A stretch of 63,410 bases of DNA, the filler included, from Dicyema japonicum (Eukaryota > Animalia > Dicyemida), in assembly GCA_011109175.1 (NCBI GenBank). It is 6 parts of 6 records of this genome, joined end to end, with 100 filler letters (N's around TTAATTAATTAA, not from the genome) between each part and the next. Parts side by side here need not be neighbours in the genome. Positions count along the whole stretch, not along the records: positions 33,761 to 46,391 come from RDEW01000164.1; positions 46,492 to 54,537 come from RDEW01000025.1; 4 more parts are not named here. One strand, given 5' to 3'. The notes beneath the pieces were generated by a model. The model did not search any database. It was not told the origin of the DNA and worked only from the letters and a program-made list of their open reading frames with translations. Position 1 is the first letter of the stretch. Each line of letters opens with the position of its first letter. The translations under genes were made by a program, and so were the position numbers. Shown in pieces: positions 40,380-53,790 of the stretch.

Positions 40380-40640
40380 ATATCTCCTTTAGCGTTCATT
40401 GGATGTCTTCGTGGAATGCCAGTTCCACAAGTTGGTCACTAGCGAAGGTGTATTCTTAACATATATCTTCAGTAGATAGTTGATCCATATAATTCTTGAA
40501 GCACCTTGAGACAACTCTATCCCAAGTAACAACAAATGGATAATCTTAACTTGAAAATCATAGAAAAGCGAAAGCTTATTTTCAAGGAGATCATATTTAT
40601 GACACTTCTCAACTTCAGTTTGCTTTTAGGCGATCATGTG
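40380..40640 (-). mobile_element. R4/Dong-like RLE 3' fragment
   Basis: EVEKCHKYDLLENKL...IIPFVVTWDRVVS; shares atgccagttccacaagttggtc with 38.1 kb. Confidence 0.7.
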
Positions 40641-41095
40641 AAAACATTGTTAATAAAAATAAAATATCGAACAATTTTCTTCACAAAACCAATTGGATAT
40701 TTCCCGATCTAAGTACCGGGCCAGGTTTATAAAAACTGTACTAAATTTCCAGGTTTATTAACTAATATTCTTCTGTCATGAATTTATGAATCAGATGATA
40801 CTTCAAGATTGTCATTGCTTAGAAACTAGATTCATTTTTGTGGCTAATTGGCGGTTAAACAACATTCTATTATTCCTTGTATTTTTTCTCATAATATACT
40901 TTATTGCTCTGTAAATTTTCAATCAGCACCATTGACATAATTTAGGTTTTAGCACAAAGTCAGGCAAAATTATATCGAAAATATTGCTGTCTAACCATAT
41001 TTAACCAAGTTAATCAAATTGATTCATGCTGTTTAACCAATTTTTTTTCATGGAAACGAATTGTCAATCACTTAAATGAAGGATTATAGTATAGN

Positions 41096-41200
41096 ATGCA
41101 ACAACTTAAGATCGCATTTCGACCTATATGGACCTTGCAAAATTTTGCAATCGGATAATGGTTCAGAATTCAAAAATGTGCCAATGGATGTTAAATGTTG
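41096..41200 (+). mobile_element. Integrase core fragment (Ginger/KRBA2-like)
   Basis: GPCKILQSDNGSEFKN. Confidence 0.6.
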
Positions 41201-41685
41201 GATAAAAACATTACTCCAATGCAGCATATATAAATATGTTTGAGAAAAATTTTCTATGACTTGTCAATTAGCTTGGAAGCGTATTCTCAAATGAATAACA
41301 AGTTAGAATTATTAGGAAACTTTGATCAGAAAAACCGTCATTGGAATGTCATTCATAAATTGAATAAAGCGGAAAAGTTTTTGATTTCCAGTTCCCATTT
41401 AGAAATTAAGTCGAAGTTTAATTTTTCTTGATGTTCTTATGAGGTTTGACGCGGAATCAAAAAGTTAATTAAGATTCCACTTTTGCCATGCGACTCAGGA
41501 TACGCTCTGTTAGTCGTTTCCACCCTCCCCTGTTACGTGCGAGATATCTCAGTTCGTCCAGGCCAAAACCAATTAAATCAAATTAGTACGCTCAACTAAA
41601 TATTTCAAGTTAAGATAGTACAAGATTTTGAAAAGCAAATAGAATTAGTCCTGAATTAAAAAACCAACAGTGAATTAAACACTAA

Positions 41686-43737
41686 TTAATCGACCTCCTG
41701 GATGGTTGGTCCGGAATTATCACCAGATGGTGCGGGACCTGATCCATTACCAGGGAATCCACCAGGCATGCCACCTGGCATTCCTCCTGGAGCTCCACCT
41801 TGCTGGTACATAGCTGTCATAATAGGGGTTGCCACATCTTGTAATTCCTTCATGATGCTTTCAAGTTCTTGAATATTAGAATTATCCTGATTGACAGTGT
41901 CCAGTCTACCAAGAGTAGCGGTACACGTATTCTCAAGTTTTTCACGGTCACCAGAAGGAATCTTATCTCTGTTTTTATCATCGGATAATGTCTGTTTATA
42001 GCTGAAACACATTCCTTCAATTTCGTTCTTTTTGGATATGAAATTTCTAATCCGCTCGTCTTCCTCTTTAAACTTTTCAGCATTATTAACCATCCTCTCA
42101 ATTTCTTCTTTAGATAGACGGCCTTTGTCATTCGTAATGGTGACTTTATTTTCTTTTCCAGTTCCTTTATCCATTGCGGACACATTGAGAATTCCATTTG
42201 CGTCAATATCAAATGTTACTTCAATTTGAGGTACGCCCCGAGGCGCAGGAGGAATACCACTCAGTTCAAATTTTCCAAGATGATTATTATCTTTGGTCAT
42301 TGACCGCTCTCCTTCAAATACTTGAATCAACACTCCTGGCTGGTTGTCAGCATAGGTTGTGAATGTCTGAGTTTGCTTGGTTGGGATAGCAATGTTTCTC
42401 TTAATCAACGGAGTCATTACTCCACCAGCAGTTTCAATTCCAAGAGAAAGTGGTGCGACATCCAAAAGCAAAAGCTTCTGAACATCCTCATCCTGTTCTC
42501 CCGACAAAACAGCGGCCTGAACAGCTAAAAATATACCACAATTTTATTACCAGCTCCGAAGGCAACTGCTTCATCAGGGTTAATTGATTTGTTCAGTGGT
42601 TTATTATTAAAGAACTGAGCAAGCATTGTCTGTATTTTGGGTATTCTGGTAGACCCTCCAACAAGGATAACTTCGTTGATTCTGGACTTGTCCAACTTGG
42701 CATCAGTGAGTGCAGCCTCGACTGGCTTGAGAGTCATTCTGAACAAAGAATCGCACAGATTCTCAAATCGAGCCCTGGTGATCTTTGTGTTATAATCCTT
42801 TCCATCAGCCAATGAATCAATCTCAATAGAAGCCTAAAATATATATCCACAACACACACCGTTGTGCTATTTGACAATGTCCTCTTTGCTCGTTCACAGG
42901 CAGTCCTCAGTCGACGGAGAGCTCTTTTATTGTTTGAAATATCCACTGATTGCCTCGTAAGGAACTCATTCACACAAAATTCGACCATTTTATTATCAAA
43001 ATCTTCACCACCCAAATGAGTATTTCCATTTGTGGACTTTACTTCAAAAATTCCATCTTCAATAGTCAAAACCGAGACATCAAATGTCCCACCACCAAGG
43101 TCAAATATCAAAACATGTTCTTCTCCACTTTTCTTCTTATCCAACCCATAGGCAATTGCAGCCGCTGTTGGCTCGTTGATAATTCTGAGTACATTCAACC
43201 CAGCAATTGATCCAGCATCTTTAGTGGCAGTTCTCTGTGCATCATTGAAGTAAGCAGGCACAGTAACAACTGCATTTGAGACTTTATAACCCAGAAAAGA
43301 TTCAGCTGTTTGTTTCATAAAACCCAGGACTGCAGAAGACACTTCTTCGGGAGTTTATAGATTGCTGTTGGCCTTTGTAAACGACTTGAATTTTGCATCC
43401 TCCAGTGCTGCTGGGGACAACTTTGAAAGGGAAATTTTTAATATCGGCCTGGGCGTAGGGATCTTCAAAAGGTCGGCCAATTAGTCTTTTAGCATCGTAA
43501 ATTGTGTTTTCAGGATTTACAGCACACTGGCTTTTGGCTGGGTCACCAATAAGTCTTTCTGATTCATTAAAGGCTACAAATGAAGGGGTTGTCCTGTTTC
43601 CCTGATCGTTGGCAATGATTTCGACTTTGCCATTGATAAATACACCAACACAGCTGTAGGTTGTACCGAGGTCAATTCCAATTACTTTACCAGTAGAAGT
43701 CTATAAGAGATTAAGATGAGAGAGAGCTACATACCAT
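41686..43737 (-). CDS. Cytosolic Hsp70/Hsc70 with an apparent +1 frameshift near 43354
   Basis: ATG-only first exon; introns 43701-43734, 42834-42859 and 42525-42550. Motifs [22 protein letters not shown] and [14 protein letters not shown] repeats, C-terminus GPTIQEVD. Confidence 0.95.
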
Positions 43738-44481
43738 TGTCAAGTTGCACGATAACTAATTGCCGCAGCGCTTTTAAAGGAAACGTTGAAAAGAATGTGC
43801 TGGAAAGGTCGAGTATGAATTTATTAGTTATCGATTTAAGGTTATCCATCTGCAAACATTTAATATATATTTATAATATTTAATTAATATAAAAAATTAT
43901 TCAAATTTCTTATCTCTTCAAATAATATTGAAACTAAAAATAAATTTTTTTAGAACAAAAATGTTTACATTATAGAACTTAACGTGCAGTATACCACTGG
44001 TATAATCGCATGGAAAATCGTGGAAGGTGGAAGTGGCTTCTGAATGAATCTTCAGTTTATTTTTCTATTGAAAACGACTCAAAAAATATCAAAATTCTGA
44101 TAAAAATGTGTTTTTCCTGGAACGATCTCAAAATATGAAATGTGAATGCTCCCATTGAACAGAAAAACGCGATATTCTGTTTAAAAATGACTGAAGCATA
44201 TTTTGTATTTAAATTGACAATTTGAGTATCTCATATCGTAGTTGTTAGCAATTCGGCCCTTCTCAATCTGCTCGAATACTTTCTTTTTTGTCACATTTAA
44301 TAAATTTCATGAGATTTGTATCTTTTCTTTATATCTAATCGAGAATGTAAAAATTCTGAGCATTTTCTTTATAAAACGAGTTCGAAATACTTTATTCATC
44401 GCAACCTCTGATTTATTCTGTGTGTATAACATGGAATGAACTGGTCACCAAATACAACAAGGGTTACTTAATAAAGTTACT

Positions 44482-44690
44482 TGTAAATAAATCTATATAT
44501 ACAGTCAACTGTCTTTAGAGAATTCAGAGAGTATGCTCGCTGATTTAGTTATTTCCTGACATCTAGTCAGCAATAGACGTTTGACTTTACTTTCTCGGAG
44601 GTATAAATAGCTAGAGAAGAGGAATAAAAAGGGAAGGAGGTGTTTGGAGTGTCACTCTTGTTCATTCCGAGGGCTCAGGACTTAGTTACG
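44482..44690 (+). mobile_element. Possible solo LTR
   Basis: TGTAA...TTACG ends with internal TATAAATA and AATAAA; no clear TSD. Confidence 0.25.
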
Positions 44691-44999
44691 TAATTATTTT
44701 TATTTATTTATTGTTACCCAAGATCACCGGGTTATAAGTAAAAAGAGAAAAGTCCTAGCTAATCCGTCCAGCGACCATTCTTTTTTCTCCCGGTTCAATA
44801 ATAATTGCCGTTTCACGAAAGCCACAGTACTTTATGACCCCACATAGTCAAGACACACACTTAATTTTTTAAGTGAAGAACAGTTAATTTTAACCGGATG
44901 TTACAGTGGTTGGTTGTTGGGCTAGAGTCACAGGGATTACCGGTCCGAATCTGACTAATAATCATCTGTTCGAATATTCCTTGCATCTACGATTCTCTG

Positions 45000-45290
45000 A
45001 AACGCGTTTGACGCAGTCATCAGTGGTTTCCACTAAGGAACCGGATTGTCTGTAAAGGACCACACGCAAGAAAAAATAAAAAATAATTGACAAAACATTG
45101 GCCCGTTCCTTTTCCCGGTTTGTGTATCGGAACTAATACTCCATGTTCCAAAAAAGTGAACAATGAAGTTCCATCGACTAATTTAGTATATTTCGTGATT
45201 ATATTCCCAACAATAACCGTGAAATGTCTTAGTAACTCGCCCGAAATGCCACCATAGCCTGCCAACTGCCCGTTTTTTAGGTGCATGAAT
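45000..45290 (-). mobile_element. RTE-like RT N-terminal fragment
   Basis: LKNGQLAGYGGISGELLR...LVPIHKPGK. Confidence 0.65.
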
Positions 45291-45399
45291 GCATAAGTTA
45301 CTTCCTTTATTGTATGCGATATTTCTGGAGCTGTGCGCGTGATTTTATTAAACTCCTCTGTGGCTCCCGGTGTGATATTGTCCTAAATCAACTCCCCAG

Positions 45400-45600
45400 C
45401 AAACACCCCCACCGACCTTCATGCAACACCGATGTTAGGTTCGGTTCCGTCCACCCGATCACCTCGTCTGAGGTCTCGGCCGCTCTGGGATTTTTTGCGC
45501 CTAGCAGCAGCGGTGGGATAGACGGCTTAAGGCCCATTCACCTCCGCGATCTCCTGTCCCCATTAACCACGAACCCGGAAGGGACCTGCTATCTTCCGTC
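45400..45600 (+). mobile_element. CRE-like fragment
   Basis: FAPSSSGGIDGLRPIHLRDLL, homologous to 36.2 kb. Confidence 0.7.
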
Positions 45601-48600
45601 ACTCGTCCTTGTTCGCACATTATCTCGTTCGGATGGAAAACGAGGTCACATATGACGTGATTTTCTCAGAACAATTTGAGGACAAATAAATAGATAAAAT
45701 AGTTCAAAATATCCATTAAATTGGGCCACTTTATAGATTTACATTGCCATAGTAATGTTATCGGATAAAGAGTCCTTTTTAAACGTTAATCCACCCATTT
45801 CTGTACTACAAAGCAAAGAAATATTCGATTAGTTTGATTTTCACCTTAATCTCCATAATTAACAATTTTTTACGTTACTAATAAAGTTGCTGATAGATTT
45901 TTTTTGTTTCAATGAATTCAATATTTTATAAAAAACAAAACGTTAGAAAAAAAGAAGGAAACCGCCCAGTTTCCGCTCAAAAAACCATCTCGAAATTTTT
46001 GTTTCTTTAATAAAAGAAATTTATTGTAAAAATTTCTACATTTGATTAGTAATTTCTTTTATTAACAAAATTTAATTAACTAATTTAATTACAATGACGA
46101 CACGTGGACCACCACGTGAGTGGTTTTATTGTTTGTTATTTGGAGGAGGTTATTTAAGAAAATAATATCCTTTTGTTGTGCTAATAAAATTTTTTTTTTT
46201 GTTTTTTTAATTTATTATAATTTTTTTAATAATTTAAGATTAATTTTCAATTTAAAAATTTTCGTTTGGTGTGTTTATTTTTACATTTTTTCATAACCCA
46301 AGTTTTACCTTGATTAGTAACATTTTCATTTAGCTCATAATAATGTCAGATGAAGTAATATATTTGGGAACAGAATATACACAAAAAACCANNNNNNNNN
46401 NNNNNNNNNNNNNNNNNNNNNNNNNNNNNNNNNNNTTAATTAATTAANNNNNNNNNNNNNNNNNNNNNNNNNNNNNNNNNNNNNNNNNNNNTGTCTGATG
46501 TGTCCTCTTTTACAGATACTCAAATTAATACGTTTCTTCCATATCAATTTTCTCTCTGTTCAATGCAATATTCATGCAAAAGACGATTGCAATTGCTATT
46601 TCGTTTAATGAAGTTTTGTATTCTTTTATCATAGTTTTGTTTTTTATTCAACATATGTTCCTTATGATTGAGGATGCTTCCATTGCGCGTGCACTAAAGA
46701 ACGAGATAGAATGATGGCTAAAAATCAACACCAGATTGCACACAAACACTCAATTCGATAATTGAATTTAAATGAAACAAAAGATAAATAGTTCTCTATT
46801 TTATATTTTAACAGGTTACATCAAAAAATTGGATGATAGATTATTTAATTATTTAAATAATTACAAGAATAAATATTTCATAATTTAAAAAAATCAGTAA
46901 ATAAAAACCTCGATAGATAAAATTCGCCCTCGTTGAGAACACTACTCTGAATCACTGTACTTCAACAAGATCAGATTGTGGTAGTCCAACTATATTAACA
47001 TACTAGCTTAAGGAAAGCAACGGGATAGATAAGAGATTAGAGTTTGTACTTTTTTGGAATTTGTTGAACATTGTCAATCGCCATGAGTTCATTTCTACAT
47101 CCCACATAGGCAGTCTTTGATGTAACATACTTATGCAGGATATGAAATTTCGAGTCTTTTTTAATTACTTCAACGTGACAGTAAATCAAATCCATGACAA
47201 TACCGTAAATAGTGAAACATCACATGTAAACCAAAATTCTCTACGTAATTAATAATGTCACTACATTTACTTAACCGAGAATCACCAATATAGGAAAAGT
47301 ATTAGGTGATCCCTGACTTTCTCTTTAACATCCTATCATGCACTTCATGTGATTTCATGGAGTCGTCTAGCTCATGTACATGGATTATGAATTGTGCCAT
47401 TTTACCTAAAAAGACGTCGAAAGTGTGTGGTCCCTTCACAGGTGTCGATCTTGGTTGTATTCATTGTTACCCTATGATGGCGATTATCATGATGGTTTGT
47501 CCGATACCTAAATGGGGCACCAAGTTTTCCAAACTGCGGGATGCCCGAAAAACAGGGGTTTATTATTATTTCTGATATTGAGTCAATAATTAACATCAAA
47601 CAACATTTTTGCAAAAATAATCAGTTATTTTAAATTTAGTTTTAGAGTTTTGTCGTATATTATTTGTTTATTTTAGCCGGAATTTAAGAAGTCTCACATC
47701 ATTTTTGTTGCCACATGGTAAATTTTTTCTACCAAATTGTTTAGCAGATCCTTTGTTTCCTCTATGGCACTTTCAATATTCTCCGTTTCTGAATATCTAC
47801 TATAGATATTATTTTCGGATTCAATTTTTGAAGCTGTTACTAATGCGATTTTCTTCAGCATATTCCTGAAATCGGAATTTTGTCTACTATCGCAGATAGG
47901 TTCTTTCACGGTCAGATGAACTTTAGCTAAAAGTGGTTTCCAGAACAATTGAAGTCCATTGGATTTCCGTTATTGCGAATTTTGTGGGTTTCGGTATTCT
48001 CGGAATTGAGGAGTTTTTACAAATTTGTTGAGTCGATTTTTAGAATTGACTAATCTGAGCAGTTCAGCTCTCTTTTGTCGTTTTTCACGACTTCTAAAAT
48101 AAAATTAATCAAGACAGTCTCATATTCTCCATAATTAGTCCTCCCGTCTTCTCTCACTCTTCTTAGTCTTCTCTAATATATTCTTTGCAAGAGTGTTCGT
48201 CCTTTCATTCTCCCCCACTTTTTCCCCTTAGCCGCCTTCAATAACCTTGATCTCCTCAATATCTTCTATACAGTACTCTTACCAGTCGAACCAAAAACAC
48301 GTTGTTTTTTCTAAAATATAAACGGCAAAACACACAAATCAGGATAATTTAGTGACTATATATTAATAGAATATGTACTTTCTCTGAGTATCCCCCAACA
48401 GTTGGTTCTCATTTGGCAATATTAGGAGAACACATTAAGTTTCGTTGATAATTATTCCTTTTGTGGAGATATCAGGCATACCCTCATGGTCTGTGCACTC
48501 AGAGTTGATATTAGGAAAATCACATGGGCTGTGTTGATATCTGGCTTCTTTGGGGTTTTGTGGAAAGATCCACGTGGTCTGTGATGATTGTTGGTCTTTC

Positions 48601-49514
48601 TTTAATAGTATTAGAGGGATCCAAGTGACTCGTAATACGGGGTGACTTAGGATAAGTCTGAAATATTATCTACTATTTGCTATTGGAAAATTGGATTCCT
48701 CGTCTAACGAATCTTTAATACACCTCAAACCTACTGTTTTTGATGGCAATCGATTATTGGGAAATTCGGAGAATGGTTGTTCTACAACCTTCTAGAATAT
48801 CCTATACCTTCCACTTCCATAGGTTGAATTTGCCATTGGAAAACTTAAAAACTACTTCTTCGGTAATGTTTGCATGAGATGATGGGTGGATGTGGGTTTT
48901 AGGAAAACTCTGATATTTTTAATCAACAGACCTGTTTTGGTGGAAATTTTTGAAAATCTTTTCTTTTTCGAACTGAACTGAAAATTAATGAACATATTAC
49001 TGGTGGAATTGAATTCGGTTATTCCGGAATTGAGAATATTGTTTCATTCTGATCCGTTCCTCGTTTTTGTTTGTTTTAATAGAGTATATGGTTTACAGGT
49101 TTTTTTTATTTCGGTGATATCACTACTAGTAGGAAACAGGTTAAAAATTGTATTCATTTTTTAGATAACAGCACAGAATCAGATTGTATTTGCTTAAATT
49201 CTCTGTGAGGGAATGTATTTCTTTCAATTTCATTCTAATGCTATTATTATACCGCAAACCATTAGACGATCAAATTTCGCCAATATTTAAATTTTATTTT
49301 TAAATTATTATCTTTATATTAGTTTAATATTAAAAATATTTTTTGAAGGGAATTTTAACTTATACCCAAAAAAACAATGATCCATATACTAAAATTTCAC
49401 GTTGAACAATAAGTGAATTCTCGCTTTTTAGACAAGTCCCACGAGCTCATTAGCATTGATTTCAAAAAGATCATTTTTATTAATATCTCATTTTTTGTCT
49501 ACATGAAGAAAAGA

Positions 49515-50190
49515 AATGGGGGCGAGACTAGCTGGATGCTCTCTCATGTCCCTCCTAATGGACTTTTTTGGACGATGACTTTATTTGGATTTGGATCGCA
49601 CAGCGCCTGGAAGTTGATATTTGCGTCGAATACAAATGTCGTTATAGAGGGATCGTCGATGTCAAAGGGCTGCATTCGCTTTCGTGCAAAACGAGTGCTG
49701 GCAGAGCTCCCTGCCATGCTCATATGAACAACATTGTCATGCATGCTCTTGAAGCTGCAGGCTTCCCGACAATGCTGGAGCCCATGGGATTGAATCGCGG
49801 AAACGGGCAAAGGTCGGATTAGATAACTGTTTTTCCGTTCCATAATGCAAAATCGCTTTTATGGTACTGCACTGTTCTGGATTCTTTCTCGAACTCGATG
49901 ATAATCAGCTCAGCGCAGCCTACTGGATCGGCAGCATAACTGGTCGAGAATATAAAGATTAAAAAATCTGGTGAAATTGGAGACCGCTTTAGTTTTGTAC
50001 CAGTGGCAATCGAGACGTCTGGTGCTTCGAGATGTATCACAGCCTCTTTCCTGAAGGAAACAAAAAAATTGGCACACTGAACGAAAGACGTGCGGGAAGC
50101 GGTCTGGCTGAGGCAACGGATTGGGATCGCAGTTGCTTTCGGTAACGCTTACTCCGTATTGTCTGCAGCCGCTCTCCCCCATAGGTAATA
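49515..50190 (+). mobile_element. CRE-like zinc knuckle + RLE 3' end, frameshifted
   Basis: GLHSLSC...HAHMNNIV..AL..AG..LEP, RSD, FVPVAIETSG and QRIGIAVAFGNAYSVL. Confidence 0.85.
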
Positions 50191-50242
50191 AATAATATTT
50201 TATTGTTAAATATTACATTTATTCTTAATATTAACTTTTAAA

Positions 50243-51402
50243 TTATCTGATAATGGTTATTTTCTTGGTAACTTCTGATTGACTGATTAAGGATTCCAAA
50301 TTATAACTTCTATAGTTGGGTTCTGTGGTTTCAATGTGCTTCCGTTTCGTTCTTTGTAGTACCATAAATCTCTTTAGAGAAAGTCTAGCAATAACCATTC
50401 TGTAGTCGCTGTCGATAATCGATCCACCATAAGCTCGTGCATCAAGTATAATTCCTCGATCTTTTTGCCTGCATATGATATAGTCAATCAGGTTGTACAT
50501 ATTTATCACTCGCCCTTCGGGGTTTTTTTCTGTGTCCCGACCACGTAGATTTATGTCTGGCTGGATGCATGAAGGCTGTATTGCATAAAAATAGGTTGTT
50601 CGTTTGACAGAAGTTAGCTAGTAGAGTTCCCGGGAGAATTCTTTTTCCCCTACCATGCCTTCCCATGAATGTCTCATCGGTCGTAACCTGGGTGCCAGCT
50701 TTCGCATTTAGGTCTCCTGCGATCATTACTAGTGTTGAGAGAGCATACATGGAGAAAACGGCAGAAAGACTGGTGTAAAAGTCATCAATNNNNNNNNNNN
50801 NNNNNNNNNNNNNNNNNNNNNNNNNNNNNNNNNNNNNNNNNNNNNNNNNNNCCCCTACCATGCCTTCCCATGAATGTCTCATCGGTCGTAACTTGGGTGC
50901 CAGCTTTCGCATTTAGGTCTCCTGCGATCATTACTAGTGTTGAGAGAGCATACATGGAGAAAACGGCAGAAAGACTGGTGTAAAAGTCATCAATCTCATC
51001 AGGGTTTTTATTAAGCCATCCACTGTGAGGGGCGTAAACGTTTATTATAGTTAGATATTTCTTCGACGGGTTGAGGTCATCCAGTTTCAATTGTAACACC
51101 CCGATTCTATCATTCACACTGTAATATCCGCAGATTCTCTTGGATAGATCATTCCTGACTGCAAATCCTAGCCCATAGTCCTTGTTTCCACCTGGAAGGA
51201 AGATTAGTCGAAAGTTCCCATGTTGTTCTTCGATCCCGTTGATAAGTTTGGTCTCCTGAAGGCAGGCGATTGAAATCTTGTATTTTGAAAGATCCTCGAC
51301 CAGTTCCTTCCGTTTCCAAATGCTAGAGAGTCCACTGACGTTAAACGTGAGAAGTCCAATGGCTTGATACTGTGTTTTCCAGACATTGAGTTCAAGAGCC
51401 AC
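50243..51402 (-). mobile_element. RTE-clade AP endonuclease region (partly duplicated across an N gap)
   Basis: TFNVSGL, CLQETK, INVYAPH, AGDLNAK, IDYII and SDYRMV. Confidence 0.9.
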
Positions 51403-51429
51403 GTCACCAGCTCAACCAAAAAAAAACAT

Positions 51430-52105
51430 GCTCCAGAAAAAGGGCCTTGACATTATAACAAAAACTCGATTATACAACTCGCTAGTGAAACCCATACTAC
51501 TATATAACGCTGGTACCTGGGCCTGCTAAAGAAATGAACTGAAGAGGCTTAATGCGCTTCATAGAGACCAACTACGGCATATGATAATCGAAAGAAGTGA
51601 TACGAAGATGTCATCTAATCTTCTTTATAAGAGGACGAAGACCTCAGAAATTTCTAACGAGATTCTGGATACACGATGGAGGCTTTTCGGCCATATTCTG
51701 CGACTGGACCTAGATCCCCCCGCGAACGTAGCCATGGAGGATTACTTCATGTTGGAGGCCCCCGTTTCCGTGGTCGCCCAAGGACGACACTGGCAGTCGT
51801 TCTCGACGAGGACCTCAAAGAAATGGGACGGCATCTTGGAAGTGGAGAGAATCTTGACTATGTGCGCACTGCGACTTTGAATAGGAGGAAGTGGATGAAA
51901 CTAACAAGTGATTTGCTAACTCGTGTTGCACATGAGTCGTTCTCGACGAGGACCTCAAAGAAATGGGACGGCATCTTGGAAGTGGAGAGAATCTTGACTA
52001 TGTGCGCACTGCGACTTTGAATAGGCAGAAGTGGATGAAACTAACAAGTGATTTGCTAACTCGTGTTGCACATGCTTTGTCAAGTCCTATGACATAGCTA
52101 TAAGT
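51430..52105 (+). mobile_element. RTE-clade LINE 3' end with (TAA)n tail
   Basis: RWRLFGHILRL, RGRPRTTL and NRRKW; ends ataataataa. Confidence 0.8.
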
Positions 52106-52799
52106 GCTTATAATAATAAATTATCTGATCTTAGGCAGTTAGAAAAAATAAACAATTCACTTTAATACTTAAATTTATAATTTTATAATAAAATTAACTA
52201 ACGATTATTATTAGATAATTAGGAAAAACATGCAACGTGCTTTCGATTCGGTGGAGATAAAACTCTCTCGAGTTGGCAAAAATGTTGAAAGGAAAAAAGG
52301 AGAAGGGTCACTTACGTTACCTGATGGTATGCATGTAATTCTTGCCATATCCGAGAGCGTTGTGGCAGATGACCTAAAAAAATGGGCGAGGCAGGTAGTC
52401 CTGCAGGCTATCTCGAATGCCCTGGAATGGTTGGCCATACTTGGCGGAACTCTGAAGTGGCAGNTGTAATTCTTGCCATATCCGAGAGCGTTGTGGCAGA
52501 TGACCTAAAAAAATGGGCGAGGCAGGTAGTCCTGCAGGCTATCTCGAATGCCCTGGAATGGTTGACCATACTTGGCGGAACTCTGAAGTGGCAGATTCAG
52601 TACTGCTATATCTGTGAGTGAACTCAAGAAGATGGCTGTAGGCAAAGAGGGTACTGGCCTAAAGGGGCGGGGACCAGGTGACCACAACTGTCAAAAAGAG
52701 CACGAGCACCAGAGCTGTGATACGTTACAGCTCAAGCATGTTTATGAGGTCTTGAGGACCGTAGATTTACCCACAAGATTCCTCATTGTAAGGTTAACG

Positions 52800-53790
52800 G
52801 TGTAGTGTTAACCTGCATCAATAAAGCTGAGGCTTATGCGGTGGAGGCTAAGCCAGTAGGGTCATTGGGTGACATCTCCCTAGTGCTGTATGCAGCACAG
52901 ATCACCTATGAGGAATTAGAGAGGGTAATAATAGTGTATAAGAGGAAACTCTATACACATGAAAGTCGGTGTAAGAGAAGGATAGAAAATAATCTGTTTG
53001 AGTTTAATCGCAGATTGTTTACCGTCGCCTACACGAAAATGGCCATATTGTATGTTCCCAGCATGACGCGGAAATGCTTTTCACATGGTGTAGTATGTGG
53101 GAGGCTAAACCACGCAGAGGAAATGCGTGAAATGTCCCGTACAGCGCCGCTTCTTTCTTGGCGGAATCTTGCAGAATTTTCGATTTTCGCAAGAAATTTG
53201 AGGCGGTAGTGAGACATCTCCCTTATTGGAAAACGACCTGGGTCGATAAAGTTTATAATTTTTTTATCAAAAGATGACTTCATTGCACGAGTCTAAGTGT
53301 CGTGTAATACATAAAAGCATCACTAACCTGGAAACGATTCCTGATTGGGCATGTCAGGGACAACTTATTTGATCCCGAAGCTGGACAACCCCCAGTTTGC
53401 TGCAGATTATCGACCGATAACCTGCATGCCAACCCTATATAAAGTGATGACCAAATGGTGACTAATAAGGTCAGGAGCTTTGTAGAAGCAAATGGAAGAC
53501 TCTCCGAGAATCAGTTGGGTACTATGCGAAATTTTCCGGGGCAAAAGAGCAGGCTTAGATCAACAAATGCCTTTCTGTGTCTCACGGAGACTCACTTTTG
53601 TCTATGTGGGTGGATGTGAAGAAGGCTTACGATTCAGTTGATCATTCTTACCTTGTCGAGTGCCTACACAGTCTGTGTATGCCTGTATGGTCCATCACCT
53701 TTGTAGTGGTGTGATGAATAGGTAGAGTATTCATCTAAACTATAATAGGCACCGGATAAGAAAGGTAAAACTCAAGAGGGGGATCCTCCC
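52800..53790 (+). mobile_element. R4/Dong-like RT (N-terminal domains), degenerate
   Basis: TYLIPK...DYRPITCMPTLYK, GAKEQA, WVDVKKAYDSVDH and KRGIL. Confidence 0.85.

Noticed and set aside
43770-43806. Heat-shock element and TATA upstream of Hsp70
   Set aside because: Only an imperfect GAA..TGC..GAA and TTTAAAA; too weak in AT-rich DNA
46492-49160. Possible minus-strand multi-exon gene
   Set aside because: Coding-like patches but no consistent frame or recognisable family
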